Below are positions 42,737-53,068 of a stretch of 64,000 bases of DNA, piece by piece (position 1 is the stretch's first letter; each line of letters opens with the position of its first letter). The stretch comes from an uncultured Chromatiaceae bacterium (GTDB lineage: Bacteria > Pseudomonadota > Gammaproteobacteria > Steroidobacterales > GCA-2729495): positions 839-64,838 of the forward strand of contig CAYOXI010000003.1 of assembly GCA_964407855.1 (NCBI GenBank), read 5' to 3'. The notes below the pieces were generated by a model. The model was given only the letters and a program-made list of their open reading frames with translations. It did not search any database and was not told the DNA's origin. The position numbers and the translations under genes are program-made.

Positions 42737-44884
42737 TCAGAACTTGCCGTAGTAGCCTTCCTTGAGGGCATCGAAGAGATTGGCGGCGGTGTGTACCTCA
42801 CCGTCGTACTCGATCTCCTCATCGCCCCGCAGCGTGACCTCGGCCCCGTCATCAAGCACAAAGGTGTACTTCGTGTTCTGGAGATCCTTCTCCTTGACCA
42901 GCACGCCCTGGAAAGCCTCGGGGTTGAAGCGGAAGGTCGTGCAGCCTTTCAGGCCCTTCTCGTAGGCATACATGTAGATGTCCTTGAACTGCTCGTAGTC
43001 GAAGTCCGTCGGGACATTGGCAGTCTTGGAGATCGACGAATCCACCCACCGCTGAGCCGCCGCCTGGATATCCACATGCTCGCGGGGGGAAATGTCATCA
43101 GCCGTGATGAAGTACCCGGGGAGCGCCTCGTCAGCCTTCACGCTGCCCGGCATGGCTCCCGCATTGATGAGTTGCCGGTAGGCCAGGAGCTCGAAGGACA
43201 ATACGTCGACCTTTTCCTTGGATTTCTTGCCCTCCCGGATCACGTTGCGGAAGTAGTGATGGGCGAAGCTGGGCTCGATGCCATTGCTGGCATTGTTGGC
43301 AAAGGACAGGGAGATGGTCCCGGTCGGTGCGATGGAACTGTGATGGGTGAAGCGGGCCCCTAACCGCTCCAGGTCCTTGACCAGCTCGGGTGCCACCTCC
43401 GCCACCCGCTGCATGTAACGGCTGTAGCGGGCATGCAGCACACGCCCGGTAATCCGGTCGCCCTCCTTCCAGCCGTCCCCCACCATCTCCGGCCGCTTCC
43501 GGAGCATCTCGGCCGTCACCCTGAACTCCTCGAGGAGAATGGGTGCGGGGCCCTTCTCCCGGGCGAGATCCAGTGCGGACTCCCAGCCGGCCAGGGCCAT
43601 CTCCCGGGCAACATCGTCGGTGAACTTCACGGACTCGGGCGAGCCGTAGCGCATCCGGAGCATGGTGAGCGTGGAGCCGAGGCCCAGAAAGCCCATGCCG
43701 TGGCGGCGCTTGCGGAGGATCTCGTCCCGCTGGCGCGACAGTGGCAGGCCATTGACCTCCACGACGTTGTCCAGCATGCGGGTAAAAACCTTGACCACCC
43801 GGTGATATTCATCCCAGTCGAAGCGCGCCTTGTCCGTGAAGGGGTCGAGGACAAACTTGGTGAGGTTGACCGACCCGAGGAGGCAGGATCCGTAGGGCGG
43901 CAGGGGCTGCTCGCCGCAGGGGTTCGTGGCCCTGATGTTCTCCTCGAACCAGTTGTTGTTCATCTCGTTGACCCGGTCGACGAGCACAAAGCCGGGCTCG
44001 GCAAAGTCGTAGGTCGACGCCATGATCATGTCCCAGAGGCGGCGGGCCGGCAGCTTCTTGAAAATGCGGCAGGCAACCAGGCCACGCTCGTTGGTGACAT
44101 AGCCGGTGCTTGCCGGCCACTCCCGCCAGAGCACCTGCTCAGGATTGTCGAGGTCAAGGCCCAGCTGCTCTACCTGCCGTTCGTCGACTGGAAAGGTCAG
44201 CGCCCAGTCGCGGTTGTGCTTGACCGATTGCATGAACTCGTCGGTGACCAGCAGCGACAGGTTGAACTGGCGGAGCCGTCCGTCTTCCCGCTTGGCGCGG
44301 ATGAAGTCGAGAACGTCCGGATGACCGACATCGAAGGTACCCATCTGGGCGCCGCGGCGTCCACCGGCGGAGGACACGGTGAAACACATCTTGTCGTAGA
44401 TATCCATGAAGGACATGGGACCGGAAGTGTGGGCCCCGGCACCGGAAACATAGGCGCCCTTGGGCCGGAGCGTGGAGAACTCGTAGCCAATGCCGCAGCC
44501 GGCCTTGAGGGTGAGGCCGGCCTCATGAACCTTGGTGAGGATGTCCTGCATCGAGTCACCGATCGTGCCGGATACCGTGCAGTTGATCGTCGACGTGGCA
44601 GGCTTGTGCTCCCGGGCACCGGCATTGGACATGATCCGGCCGGCCGGAATGGCGCCCTTGCGCAGAGCCCAGAGGAACTGCTCGAACCAGCGCTCGCGCT
44701 CGTTCCCGGACTCCACGTCGGCCAGCGCCCGGGCCACACGCTGGAAGGTGTCGTCCATCGTCTCGTCGACAACCTCACCGGTCTTCGCCTTGAGCCGGTA
44801 CTTCTTGTCCCAGATGTCGATCGAGGCTTCCTGGAAGCCAATGGTCACTGACCGGAGATTTTCTGCCTGCACTGCCGATTTCAT
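42737..44884 (-). CDS. nrdJa: class II ribonucleotide reductase, large N-terminal polypeptide (NrdJa)
   Basis: The ATG at 44884 gives 715 aa. RNR active-site regions are present (SNAGAREHKPATSTINCTVSG, NPCGEQPLPPYGSCLLGS). Confidence 0.92.
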   Translation of the reverse strand: MKSAVQAENLRSVTIGFQEASIDIWDKKYRLKAKTGEVVDETMDDTFQRVARALADVESGNERERWFEQFLWALRKGAIPAGRIMSNAGAREHKPATSTINCTVSGTIGDSMQDILTKVHEAGLTLKAGCGIGYEFSTLRPKGAYVSGAGAHTSGPMSFMDIYDKMCFTVSSAGGRRGAQMGTFDVGHPDVLDFIRAKREDGRLRQFNLSLLVTDEFMQSVKHNRDWALTFPVDERQVEQLGLDLDNPEQVLWREWPASTGYVTNERGLVACRIFKKLPARRLWDMIMASTYDFAEPGFVLVDRVNEMNNNWFEENIRATNPCGEQPLPPYGSCLLGSVNLTKFVLDPFTDKARFDWDEYHRVVKVFTRMLDNVVEVNGLPLSRQRDEILRKRRHGMGFLGLGSTLTMLRMRYGSPESVKFTDDVAREMALAGWESALDLAREKGPAPILLEEFRVTAEMLRKRPEMVGDGWKEGDRITGRVLHARYSRYMQRVAEVAPELVKDLERLGARFTHHSSIAPTGTISLSFANNASNGIEPSFAHHYFRNVIREGKKSKEKVDVLSFELLAYRQLINAGAMPGSVKADEALPGYFITADDISPREHVDIQAAAQRWVDSSISKTANVPTDFDYEQFKDIYMYAYEKGLKGCTTFRFNPEAFQGVLVKEKDLQNTKYTFVLDDGAEVTLRGDEEIEYDGEVHTAANLFDALKEGYYGKF

Positions 44885-45037
44885 ATTCTGAACCCTGCCC
44901 CGCCCTGTCCTGGCCGTCACCTGGTTCGTGACGGCCCGCCCCGGTCCGGCGGCCTGGCGACTGGCGTCGCTCCTGGCTACCGGGCCCCAATCCCCCGAAG
45001 TCCCCACTGTCGGGGGCCGAACTTGATGAAAAAGCCA

Positions 45038-45053
45038 GCACAAGATGTTGTGC
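45038..45053 (-). promoter_or_regulatory. NrdR box (gcacaacatcttgtgc on the gene strand)
   Basis: A 16-bp palindrome that matches 12 of 16 positions of the published NrdR consensus acaCwAtATaTwGtgt, including the CACAA/TTGTG arms. It lies just downstream of the predicted -10 of nrdJa. Confidence 0.6.
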
Positions 45054-45066
45054 CGGCCCGAGGGGT

Positions 45067-45095
45067 ACATTAGGACTGGGCCCGGAGGCTGTCAA
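45067..45095 (-). promoter_or_regulatory. candidate sigma-70 promoter of nrdJab
   Basis: The minus strand reads TTGACA-17 nt-TAATGT. This predicts a 5' leader of about 175 nt before the nrdJa ATG. Confidence 0.5.
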
Positions 45096-45216
45096 GAATT
45101 TTCTGGCCTGGAATGTTCGCTTTTTTATTCTTTTAATACAAATACATATGAGTCTTCCGACTAATTTTCAGGAGGGTTTTTCCAGACCCTGGCCAGGCGC
45201 TCTTCCCGACCCATGC

Positions 45217-45233
45217 AACACAAGATGTTGGGG
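45217..45233. promoter_or_regulatory. second NrdR-box-like element (acacaagatgttgggg)
   Basis: Shares the 12-mer cacaagatgttg with the box at 45038-45053 and matches about 12 of 16 consensus positions. It lies about 180 bp from the first box, between the AT-rich island and the protease gene. Confidence 0.4.
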
Positions 45234-45389
45234 TAGACCATCCCCAGCCCACGCAGAGCTTGTCCACAGGCTTTCCAGCCGGGCATCCACTGGCTGCTGC
45301 CGAGCCCATCGGGGCAGCAGCAGCGCCGCCCCGCCTGCCGAAACCCGTTATGATTTCCCGTCGTTTCTCCATTCGGGAAGTTCTCGCGC

Positions 45390-46769
<1,380 letters not shown>

Positions 46770-46799
46770 CGGCCGGATCGGGCACGAGGCCCCGGAGAA

Positions 46800-47747
46800 A
46801 TGGCGACCTACTGCGTGTTTGGCGGCGGTGGATTTCTGGGCTCCCGTCTGGTTGCCCGGCTGGCCGGCGCCGGTCATTCGGTCACAGTACCGACCCGGGA
46901 TCCAGCCCGGGTGCGACACCTGCTCGTCCTGCCCACCGTCCGGGTCATCAGGGCGGACATCCACGACGCCGGAGCCCTGACTGGCCTGCTCGACGGCTGT
47001 ACCGCCGCCGTCAACCTGGTCGGGATTCTCAACGAGTCCGGCCGCGACGGGGCCGGATTCCGGCGGGCGCACGCCACACTCACCGCCAGCCTGCTGGCTG
47101 CCTGCAGGGCGACGGGTGTTCGTCGCTTCGCCCAGGTCAGTGCCCTTAAGGCCGGCGACCCGACGGCGACCAGCCACTACCTGCGCTCGAAGGGCGAGGC
47201 CGAGGTGGCAATCCGCGCGTCGGACCTGGACTGGACCATCCTGCAACCCTCCGTCATCTTTGGTCCAGGCGACTCCTTTCTGAACCGCTTTGCGGGCCTG
47301 CTGCGCCTCATTCCGGTTGCCCTGCCGCTGGCCATGCCGAACGCGCGCTTTGCGCCGGTGCACGTCGACGACGTGGTGCTGGCGCTGGAGGCTGTGCTGG
47401 GCGAGCCGGCCACGGCGGGACACACCTACCAGCTGTGCGGACCCGAGGTGTTCACCCTGGCAGAACTGGTGGAACTCGTCGCCGCCGCGCTCGGCCTGCA
47501 GCGATGGATCATCGGCCTGCCCCGGAACATTTCCCGGTTCCAGGCCGCGGTGATGGATTTCGTGCCGGGCAAGCCCTTCTCGACGGACAACTACCGCTCA
47601 CTGCTGGTCGACAGCGTCTGCACCAGCGACGGCTTCGGTAGCCTCGGCATCGTGCCCCGCCCCCTGCGACTGAACCTGGCCGGGACCCTCGGCGGTGCAG
47701 GCCTTCCCGGCCCTATGGACAGTTTCCGGATGCGGGCCCGCCGCTGA
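46800..47747 (+). CDS. NAD(P)H-binding SDR, complex I NDUFA9-subunit-like family
   Basis: Rossmann motif VFGGGGFLGSRL, YLRSKGEAE and the typical atypical-SDR length. Confidence 0.75.
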   Translation: MATYCVFGGGGFLGSRLVARLAGAGHSVTVPTRDPARVRHLLVLPTVRVIRADIHDAGALTGLLDGCTAAVNLVGILNESGRDGAGFRRAHATLTASLLAACRATGVRRFAQVSALKAGDPTATSHYLRSKGEAEVAIRASDLDWTILQPSVIFGPGDSFLNRFAGLLRLIPVALPLAMPNARFAPVHVDDVVLALEAVLGEPATAGHTYQLCGPEVFTLAELVELVAAALGLQRWIIGLPRNISRFQAAVMDFVPGKPFSTDNYRSLLVDSVCTSDGFGSLGIVPRPLRLNLAGTLGGAGLPGPMDSFRMRARR

Positions 47748-48828
47748 GCGGTGCGAGGCTCGCAAGGAAGCGCATGCGCTCCGCCGGATCAAGCTCCGCC
47801 AGTTCCCGCACCCTGGCGTAGAAGCGCGGAAAATCCCCGCCGGCGTCCGCGAGCAGACGGGCAAACGCCGGCACATGGGTCTCGTAGGAAGAAAGCGCCA
47901 CGAGCCTGGCGTTGTTCAGCCCCTCGTCGAACCAGCTGTCGAATACCGGCGGGCCAGTCCAGTCCGCACGCAGCGCCCGGTAATGTTCCCTGCTTCGCTC
48001 GAACGCGGCGTCCCGGGCAGCCCGGCGCTGGTCCTTGGGCCCGGGGGCAGCATAGATGACGGCCAGTTCGGCCCGCAGCCCGGCCACGAGCTGCCGGGCA
48101 GCCGCGCGACGGACGAGGCCCGTGTCAAACGCACACCGTGCTGCCTCATCCCCGCGGGACGCCAGCCAGCGTCGCGTGCCTTCCTGCTCGACGAGGCTCG
48201 CAAAGCCCTCGTTGAACAGCGTATCGCCCGGTACATAGAGGAGCTGATGGGCAAGCTCGTGGAACAGCAGGCCGGCCACCGCCGTGTCCGTATAGCGCAG
48301 CATCGTGTTGAGTACCGGATCCGCGAACCAGCCCAGCGTGGAATAGGCCGGCACGCCACCGACATGGACGTCGTCGCCCTGCGACTCCAGAGCGGCGGCG
48401 AAGGCCCTCGCCCGCTCCTCGCGGAACCAGCCCCGGTAGGTGGTGCAGCCGGCAACCGGGTAGCACCACTCGCGGGGCTCCAGGGACAGGTCCGGTGCCG
48501 CAAAGACATTCCAGACCACGTAGGGCCTGCCAAGATCCGCGTAGTGTCCATAGCTGCGGCTGCGGGGCAGGCCAAGGTACACGCGGGCAAAAACCAGGGC
48601 GGCATCCACCACCAGCAGCTTCTGCCGGAGTTCCTCCGGTGTGTCCGCCTGGAGCAGCACCTTTTCCAGCGGCTGGCGGCTGCGCATCAGTTCCGCCTGG
48701 CCATTGATGGCCTGCAGGTAGTAGCCGGTGCCGCAACTTGCCGGCAGCACGGCAAGCGCCAGGTACAGCAGGACCCGAAGGCCGATCCGCCATCTGCCTG
48801 GCCCCGTTGCCTGAGCGCGCTTCGCCAT
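47713..48828 (-). CDS. putative zinc aminopeptidase (lipoprotein; DUF2265/PF10023-like)
   Basis: The internal ATG gives a signal/lipobox-like N-terminus (LALAVLPASCG) and an HExxH motif (FHELAHQ). The family assignment is from memory of 'predicted aminopeptidase' proteins and is not verified. Confidence 0.6.
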   Translation of the reverse strand: MAKRAQATGPGRWRIGLRVLLYLALAVLPASCGTGYYLQAINGQAELMRSRQPLEKVLLQADTPEELRQKLLVVDAALVFARVYLGLPRSRSYGHYADLGRPYVVWNVFAAPDLSLEPREWCYPVAGCTTYRGWFREERARAFAAALESQGDDVHVGGVPAYSTLGWFADPVLNTMLRYTDTAVAGLLFHELAHQLLYVPGDTLFNEGFASLVEQEGTRRWLASRGDEAARCAFDTGLVRRAAARQLVAGLRAELAVIYAAPGPKDQRRAARDAAFERSREHYRALRADWTGPPVFDSWFDEGLNNARLVALSSYETHVPAFARLLADAGGDFPRFYARVRELAELDPAERMRFLASLAPLSGGPASGNCP

Positions 48829-48860
48829 GACCCGGGCAGGATAGCGGCTACAATCCATTG

Positions 48861-50093
48861 ATGCAGGTCTACCTCGTTGGCGGCGCGGTCCGGGACCGCT
48901 TGCTTGGTCTGCCGGTGCGGGAACGCGACTGGGTTGTGGTCGGCGCGCGCACGACCGATCTGGATGCCCTTGGGTACCGGCGGGTCGGACGCGATTTTCC
49001 CGTGTATCTCCACCCGCAGACCAACGAGGAATACGCGCTCGCCCGGACGGAGCGCAAGACGGCACCTGGATACCGTGGCTTCACGGTGCACGCTGACCCC
49101 ACAGTGACACTGGAAGAAGACCTGCAGCGCCGCGACCTCACCATCAACGCAATGGCAGAGGACCGCGACGGGAACATCCTTGATCCGGTCGGTGGCCGGG
49201 CCCATCTCGAGGCACGCGTCCTGCACCACGTGTCCGACGCGTTTCGGGAGGACCCGGTGCGGCTGTTGCGGGTCGCGCGCTTTGCGGCGCGCTTTCATCA
49301 CCTGGGATTCCGCGTGGCTCCGGGCACGCGGGCGCTGATGGCCGCCATGGTGCGCAATGGCGAGGTGAGTGCGCTGGTTGCCGAACGGGTCTGGCAGGAG
49401 ACCGAACGGGCGCTGGCGGAGCCAGATCCCTCGGTCTATTTCGAGGTCCTGCGGGACTGCGGCGCGCTGGCCGTGGTCTTTCCCGAAGTGGAGGCCCTCT
49501 TCGGCGTGCCCCAGCCTGCCAGGTGGCACCCGGAAATCGATACCGGCCTGCATGTGATGCTGGCACTCGATCACGCGGCCCGGCGCGGCTTCAGCACCGA
49601 GGTACGCTTTGCGGTGCTGGTGCATGACCTCGGCAAGGGGACCACGCCGCCCGAACAGCTGCCGAGTCATCCGGGCCACGAGGAACGCAGCGTGGCTCTC
49701 CTGCAGGAGCTTTGCCAGCGTCTCGCCGTACCCAACCGGTGCCGTGACCTCGCCATCGCCGTGGCCCGTCACCACGGCGTCTGCCACCGGGCGCTGGAAC
49801 TTCGCCCGGTCACGCTGCTGCGGCTGCTGGAAAGCCTCGACGCCTTTCGGGCCAGCGCCCGGGTTGTCCCGTTCCTGGATGCCTGCGAGGCCGACGCCCG
49901 GGGCCGCACCGGCCTCGAGGATCAACCCTACCCCCAGCGCAGCCTGGTCGAAGCGGTCTGGCAGGCCGCACGCAGCGTGGACACGAGGTCCGTCGCGGCA
50001 CCAGGCCTCACCGGAGAGGCGCTCGGTGAGGCCATCCGCAGGGCGCGGCTCGCGGCCGTTGCAGCCGCCCGCGGTGACTTCAACCCGGACTGA
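48861..50093 (+). CDS. cca: multifunctional CCA-adding enzyme (tRNA nucleotidyltransferase with HD domain)
   Basis: MQVYLVGGAVRDRLLG, then RDLTINA and the C-terminal HD domain (VLVHDLGKG). Confidence 0.9.
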   Translation: MQVYLVGGAVRDRLLGLPVRERDWVVVGARTTDLDALGYRRVGRDFPVYLHPQTNEEYALARTERKTAPGYRGFTVHADPTVTLEEDLQRRDLTINAMAEDRDGNILDPVGGRAHLEARVLHHVSDAFREDPVRLLRVARFAARFHHLGFRVAPGTRALMAAMVRNGEVSALVAERVWQETERALAEPDPSVYFEVLRDCGALAVVFPEVEALFGVPQPARWHPEIDTGLHVMLALDHAARRGFSTEVRFAVLVHDLGKGTTPPEQLPSHPGHEERSVALLQELCQRLAVPNRCRDLAIAVARHHGVCHRALELRPVTLLRLLESLDAFRASARVVPFLDACEADARGRTGLEDQPYPQRSLVEAVWQAARSVDTRSVAAPGLTGEALGEAIRRARLAAVAAARGDFNPD

Positions 50094-50117
50094 CAGGCTG
50101 CGGGCCTGCAACCAGTC

Positions 50118-51284
50118 CTACAGCCAGTCGCGCAGATCCCGGTACATCAGCGGTGAGGCGGGTTCCCAGCCACGCGTCAGGGCCAGCACCTTGAAGCGCT
50201 CACCCATTTCACCCGGCAGCAGCAGCTGCGCCGCCTCCCGGCTCAGCATCACGCCTGCCTGATCGTCGGCCAAACCCGTCACTTCCTCGAGGATGCCGGT
50301 GGCCAGCAGGTAGTGGGCCTGCGTGCCATAGGCCGACACGTGCAGGTTTGCGGCACTGGCCGCGTCAGCTGCGGCCGAGAAATCCACCCAGGCGGTAATG
50401 TCCTGCAGGCCCGGGTACAGAAAGGGATCCTCGTGGCGCCGGTGCCGGTAGTGGCAGGCCAGCGTGCCGGCATACCGCCCCGCGTGGTAGACGTCGCGCC
50501 GGGTGCCGCCGTAGTCGGTGCACAGCACCAGTCCCTGCCGGAGCGCACCGCCCAGCGCAGCAACCCACGCCGGAAGTGGCAGACAGAGCTCGCTGGTGAA
50601 GCCCGCCGGCAGGGGGCTACCCAGCGCCGTGCCAAGGGCTGTCACGGCAGCTGCCAGTGCCGGCGGGGCCGGGCGCTCGGCCCAGTTGAAGGACGGACCC
50701 TCCCGGCGGACGCCCAGTTGCACCACCCCGGCGGAATCGACCCTGAAGCGCTCCACGGGCAGTGCATCCAGTACCTCGTTGGCCAGCACGACCCCGGTGA
50801 TGGGCACGGTCGGCCAGTCGTCCAGCCACGTGACGCGGGGCAACAGGTCGGGTACGCGACGTGCGAGGGTATCGCGCTGGCGCGCCCGCAGGTCAGCGCT
50901 GATCTCGAGGATCAGGTACGTCGCCGGCAGTGAGGGGCGCAGCACCGCGAGCAGATCCGCCGCGAGCGCACCCGAGCCCGCGCCAATCTCCAGGACCGTC
51001 CCGCCTCCCAGGTCACCGAGTACCTGTGCCACCGTGCGAGTGAGGCTGCGGGCGAACAGTGATCCCAGTTCCGGCGCGGTAACGAAATCCCCGGCGGCGC
51101 CGAACTTCTGCGCGCCGCTGCTGTAGTAGCCGAGACCGGGAGCGTAGAGCACCGCATTCATGTAGTCGGCGAACGAGATATAGCCGCCGGCTGCGTCAAT
51201 CTGGCGCCGTACCAGCTGGCACAGCCGGTCGCTGTGCGCGAGGGCGACCGCGTCTGGGGTTGGCAGTCCGGATCCGTTGTGCAT
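50118..51284 (-). CDS. class I SAM-dependent methyltransferase, MidA/NDUFAF7 (DUF185) family
   Basis: The internal ATG gives 388 aa. FADYMNAVLYAPGLGYYS, GDFVTAPE and the SAM motif VLEIGAGSGALAADLL. Confidence 0.75.
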   Translation of the reverse strand: MHNGSGLPTPDAVALAHSDRLCQLVRRQIDAAGGYISFADYMNAVLYAPGLGYYSSGAQKFGAAGDFVTAPELGSLFARSLTRTVAQVLGDLGGGTVLEIGAGSGALAADLLAVLRPSLPATYLILEISADLRARQRDTLARRVPDLLPRVTWLDDWPTVPITGVVLANEVLDALPVERFRVDSAGVVQLGVRREGPSFNWAERPAPPALAAAVTALGTALGSPLPAGFTSELCLPLPAWVAALGGALRQGLVLCTDYGGTRRDVYHAGRYAGTLACHYRHRRHEDPFLYPGLQDITAWVDFSAAADAASAANLHVSAYGTQAHYLLATGILEEVTGLADDQAGVMLSREAAQLLLPGEMGERFKVLALTRGWEPASPLMYRDLRDWL

Positions 51285-51348
51285 CGTGGTGTAATCTAAA
51301 CCACGGCTGCACCTGACCCGCACCTTTGGCGCATCGAAAGCGATTCTC

Positions 51349-52101
51349 ATGAGCACATCGCCTGCCCTGACCGACCGCTGGGCGCTGATCACCGGCGCCG
51401 GCCGGCGCGTGGGCGCGGAGATCGCCCGGGTGCTGCATGGGGCTGGTGCGGGTGTGGCGATCCATTACCGGGGTTCGGACCTGGATGCGCAGGCACTGGT
51501 CGCAAGCCTGAACGCCGAACGGCGCGACTCCGCTTTCGCCCTCCAGGCAGACCTGCTGGATACCGGGCGACTCGGGCATCTCGTCGAGAGCGTCGTTGCC
51601 CGCGCGGGCAGGCTGGACATCCTGGTCAACAATGCGTCGAGTTTTTACCCGACCCCGCTGGCAACCGTCTCGGAAGAACAGTGGACCGACCTGATGGGCA
51701 GCAACCTGAAGGCGCCACTGTTTCTCGCCCAGGCCGCGCTACCCCACCTGAAGCGCAATCGTGGCTCCATCGTCAACATCGTGGATATCCACGCCGCGCG
51801 CCCGTTGCGGGATCATCCCGTGTACGGCGCGGCCAAGGCCGGGCTGGTGCACCTGACCCGGGCCCTCGCCCGCGACCTCGCACCGGAGATCCGGGTCAAC
51901 GGTGTCGCCCCGGGCGCCATCATCTGGCCCGAGACCGGGTACACCGACAGCATGCGGGACAGCGTGCTGCGCCAGGTGCCACTGAAAAGGGTGGGCGAAC
52001 CGGCCGATATTGCGGGCTGCGTGCTGTATCTGGTCCGCGATGCCGTCTATGTCACAGGACAGGTGATCGCGGTTGATGGCGGACGGAGTGTCGGCTGGTA
52101 G
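51349..52101 (+). CDS. pteridine reductase / dihydromonapterin reductase-like SDR
   Basis: SDR motifs (ITGAGRRVGAEIA, NNAS, YGAAKAGL). It neighbours folK-folB, as known for FolM/PTR1-type enzymes. Confidence 0.7.
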   Translation: MSTSPALTDRWALITGAGRRVGAEIARVLHGAGAGVAIHYRGSDLDAQALVASLNAERRDSAFALQADLLDTGRLGHLVESVVARAGRLDILVNNASSFYPTPLATVSEEQWTDLMGSNLKAPLFLAQAALPHLKRNRGSIVNIVDIHAARPLRDHPVYGAAKAGLVHLTRALARDLAPEIRVNGVAPGAIIWPETGYTDSMRDSVLRQVPLKRVGEPADIAGCVLYLVRDAVYVTGQVIAVDGGRSVGW

Positions 52102-52154
52102 GCACCGCCTGGCGCAGGATTCCTCCGTCCTGGCCTGCAGGAAAATGCGGACCT

Positions 52155-52664
52155 TCAGCAAAGCTGGAGCTCGGGCACTACTGTCAGCCGCAGTCGCTGC
52201 TTGTCGAAGGCTCTCCACAGGTCCGCCATGGTCTCGCCCGTGACCGGGTGTCGGAGGTCCGGGGCCAGCTCGGCCAGCGGCGCCAGCACGAAGGCATAGC
52301 GGAGGATGTCCTCCCGGGGCACACGCACGACCCCGGAACGTACCGCGTCACCATAGAGCAGAAGATCCAGATCCAGCGGCGTGAACGGCTTCGGACCGCG
52401 CACCCGGCCGGCCACCGCGTGCAGGCGCTCGAGTTCCGCCAGGATGGATTCGGCCGGCTCGGCACTGCGAAAGCGCAGCACAAAGTTCAGAAAGTCATCG
52501 CCCTCGAAGCCGACCGGCGGGTTGCGGTAAACCGTCGAGGCCTCGACGGGCCCAAAGCGCCTGACCAGTTCGCGGCAGGCAGAGCGCAAGTTGCGTTCCG
52601 GATCCACATTGCTTCCGGCGCTGACGTATATGTCGACGGCCGGCGCATCGGCTTCACGGGTCAT
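52155..52664 (-). CDS. folK: 2-amino-4-hydroxy-6-hydroxymethyldihydropteridine diphosphokinase
   Basis: HPPK motifs (YVSAGSNV, FLNFV, TPLDLDLLLYG, RYAFVLAPLAE). It overlaps the folB stop. Confidence 0.9.
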   Translation of the reverse strand: MTREADAPAVDIYVSAGSNVDPERNLRSACRELVRRFGPVEASTVYRNPPVGFEGDDFLNFVLRFRSAEPAESILAELERLHAVAGRVRGPKPFTPLDLDLLLYGDAVRSGVVRVPREDILRYAFVLAPLAELAPDLRHPVTGETMADLWRAFDKQRLRLTVVPELQLC

Positions 52665-53029
52665 GGCAGGTTGACCGGCCTGCTGCCCCGTTCAATCGCA
52701 ACCCCCGTGTCGCGCATGCCCGGCACCGGCCAGAGCTTGCGCACCACCACACGCACCCATGGAGCACCGAACTCCTGCAGCACGATGCCGGCGATGCCCT
52801 CCGCCATGGCTTCGATCATGCGAAAACGGGCCTCCGACACGAAGCCCTGGATACGCCGTGCCACGGCGTTGTAGTCGAGTGCGTCCTCCAGTCGCTCACT
52901 GGCCGCGGCCGGACGGGTGTCCGTGGCGATATCCACGTCAATGCTGAGCTGCTGGGGACTGCGCCGCTCCCATTCCCAGACGCCGACGATGGTCCGCACG
53001 CGCAGGTCCCGCAGAAAAATGGTGTCCAT
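52661..53029 (-). CDS. folB: dihydroneopterin aldolase
   Basis: 122 aa. MDTIFLRDLRVRTIVGVWEWER is typical of FolB. Confidence 0.9.
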   Translation of the reverse strand: MDTIFLRDLRVRTIVGVWEWERRSPQQLSIDVDIATDTRPAAASERLEDALDYNAVARRIQGFVSEARFRMIEAMAEGIAGIVLQEFGAPWVRVVVRKLWPVPGMRDTGVAIERGSRPVNLP

Positions 53030-53068
53030 CGACTCTCCGGTGGCAAGGCTTGGGCCTGCGGCAAGCGC

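Noticed and set aside
44885-45060. A cobalamin riboswitch in the roughly 175-nt nrdJ leader.
   Set aside because: I found no B12-box-like sequence. The leader has hairpins (for example ggccgtcac-gaaccag-gtgacggcc) but nothing matching the riboswitch core. B12 riboswitches normally repress B12-independent isozymes, not NrdJ.
45330-45389. A sigma-E/AlgU-type promoter upstream of the DegP/DegQ-family protease gene (GAAACC-N15-TCGTT).
   Set aside because: It is only a weak match to GAACTT-N16/17-TCTGA, and the spacing and hexamers are off. I cannot support it from sequence alone.
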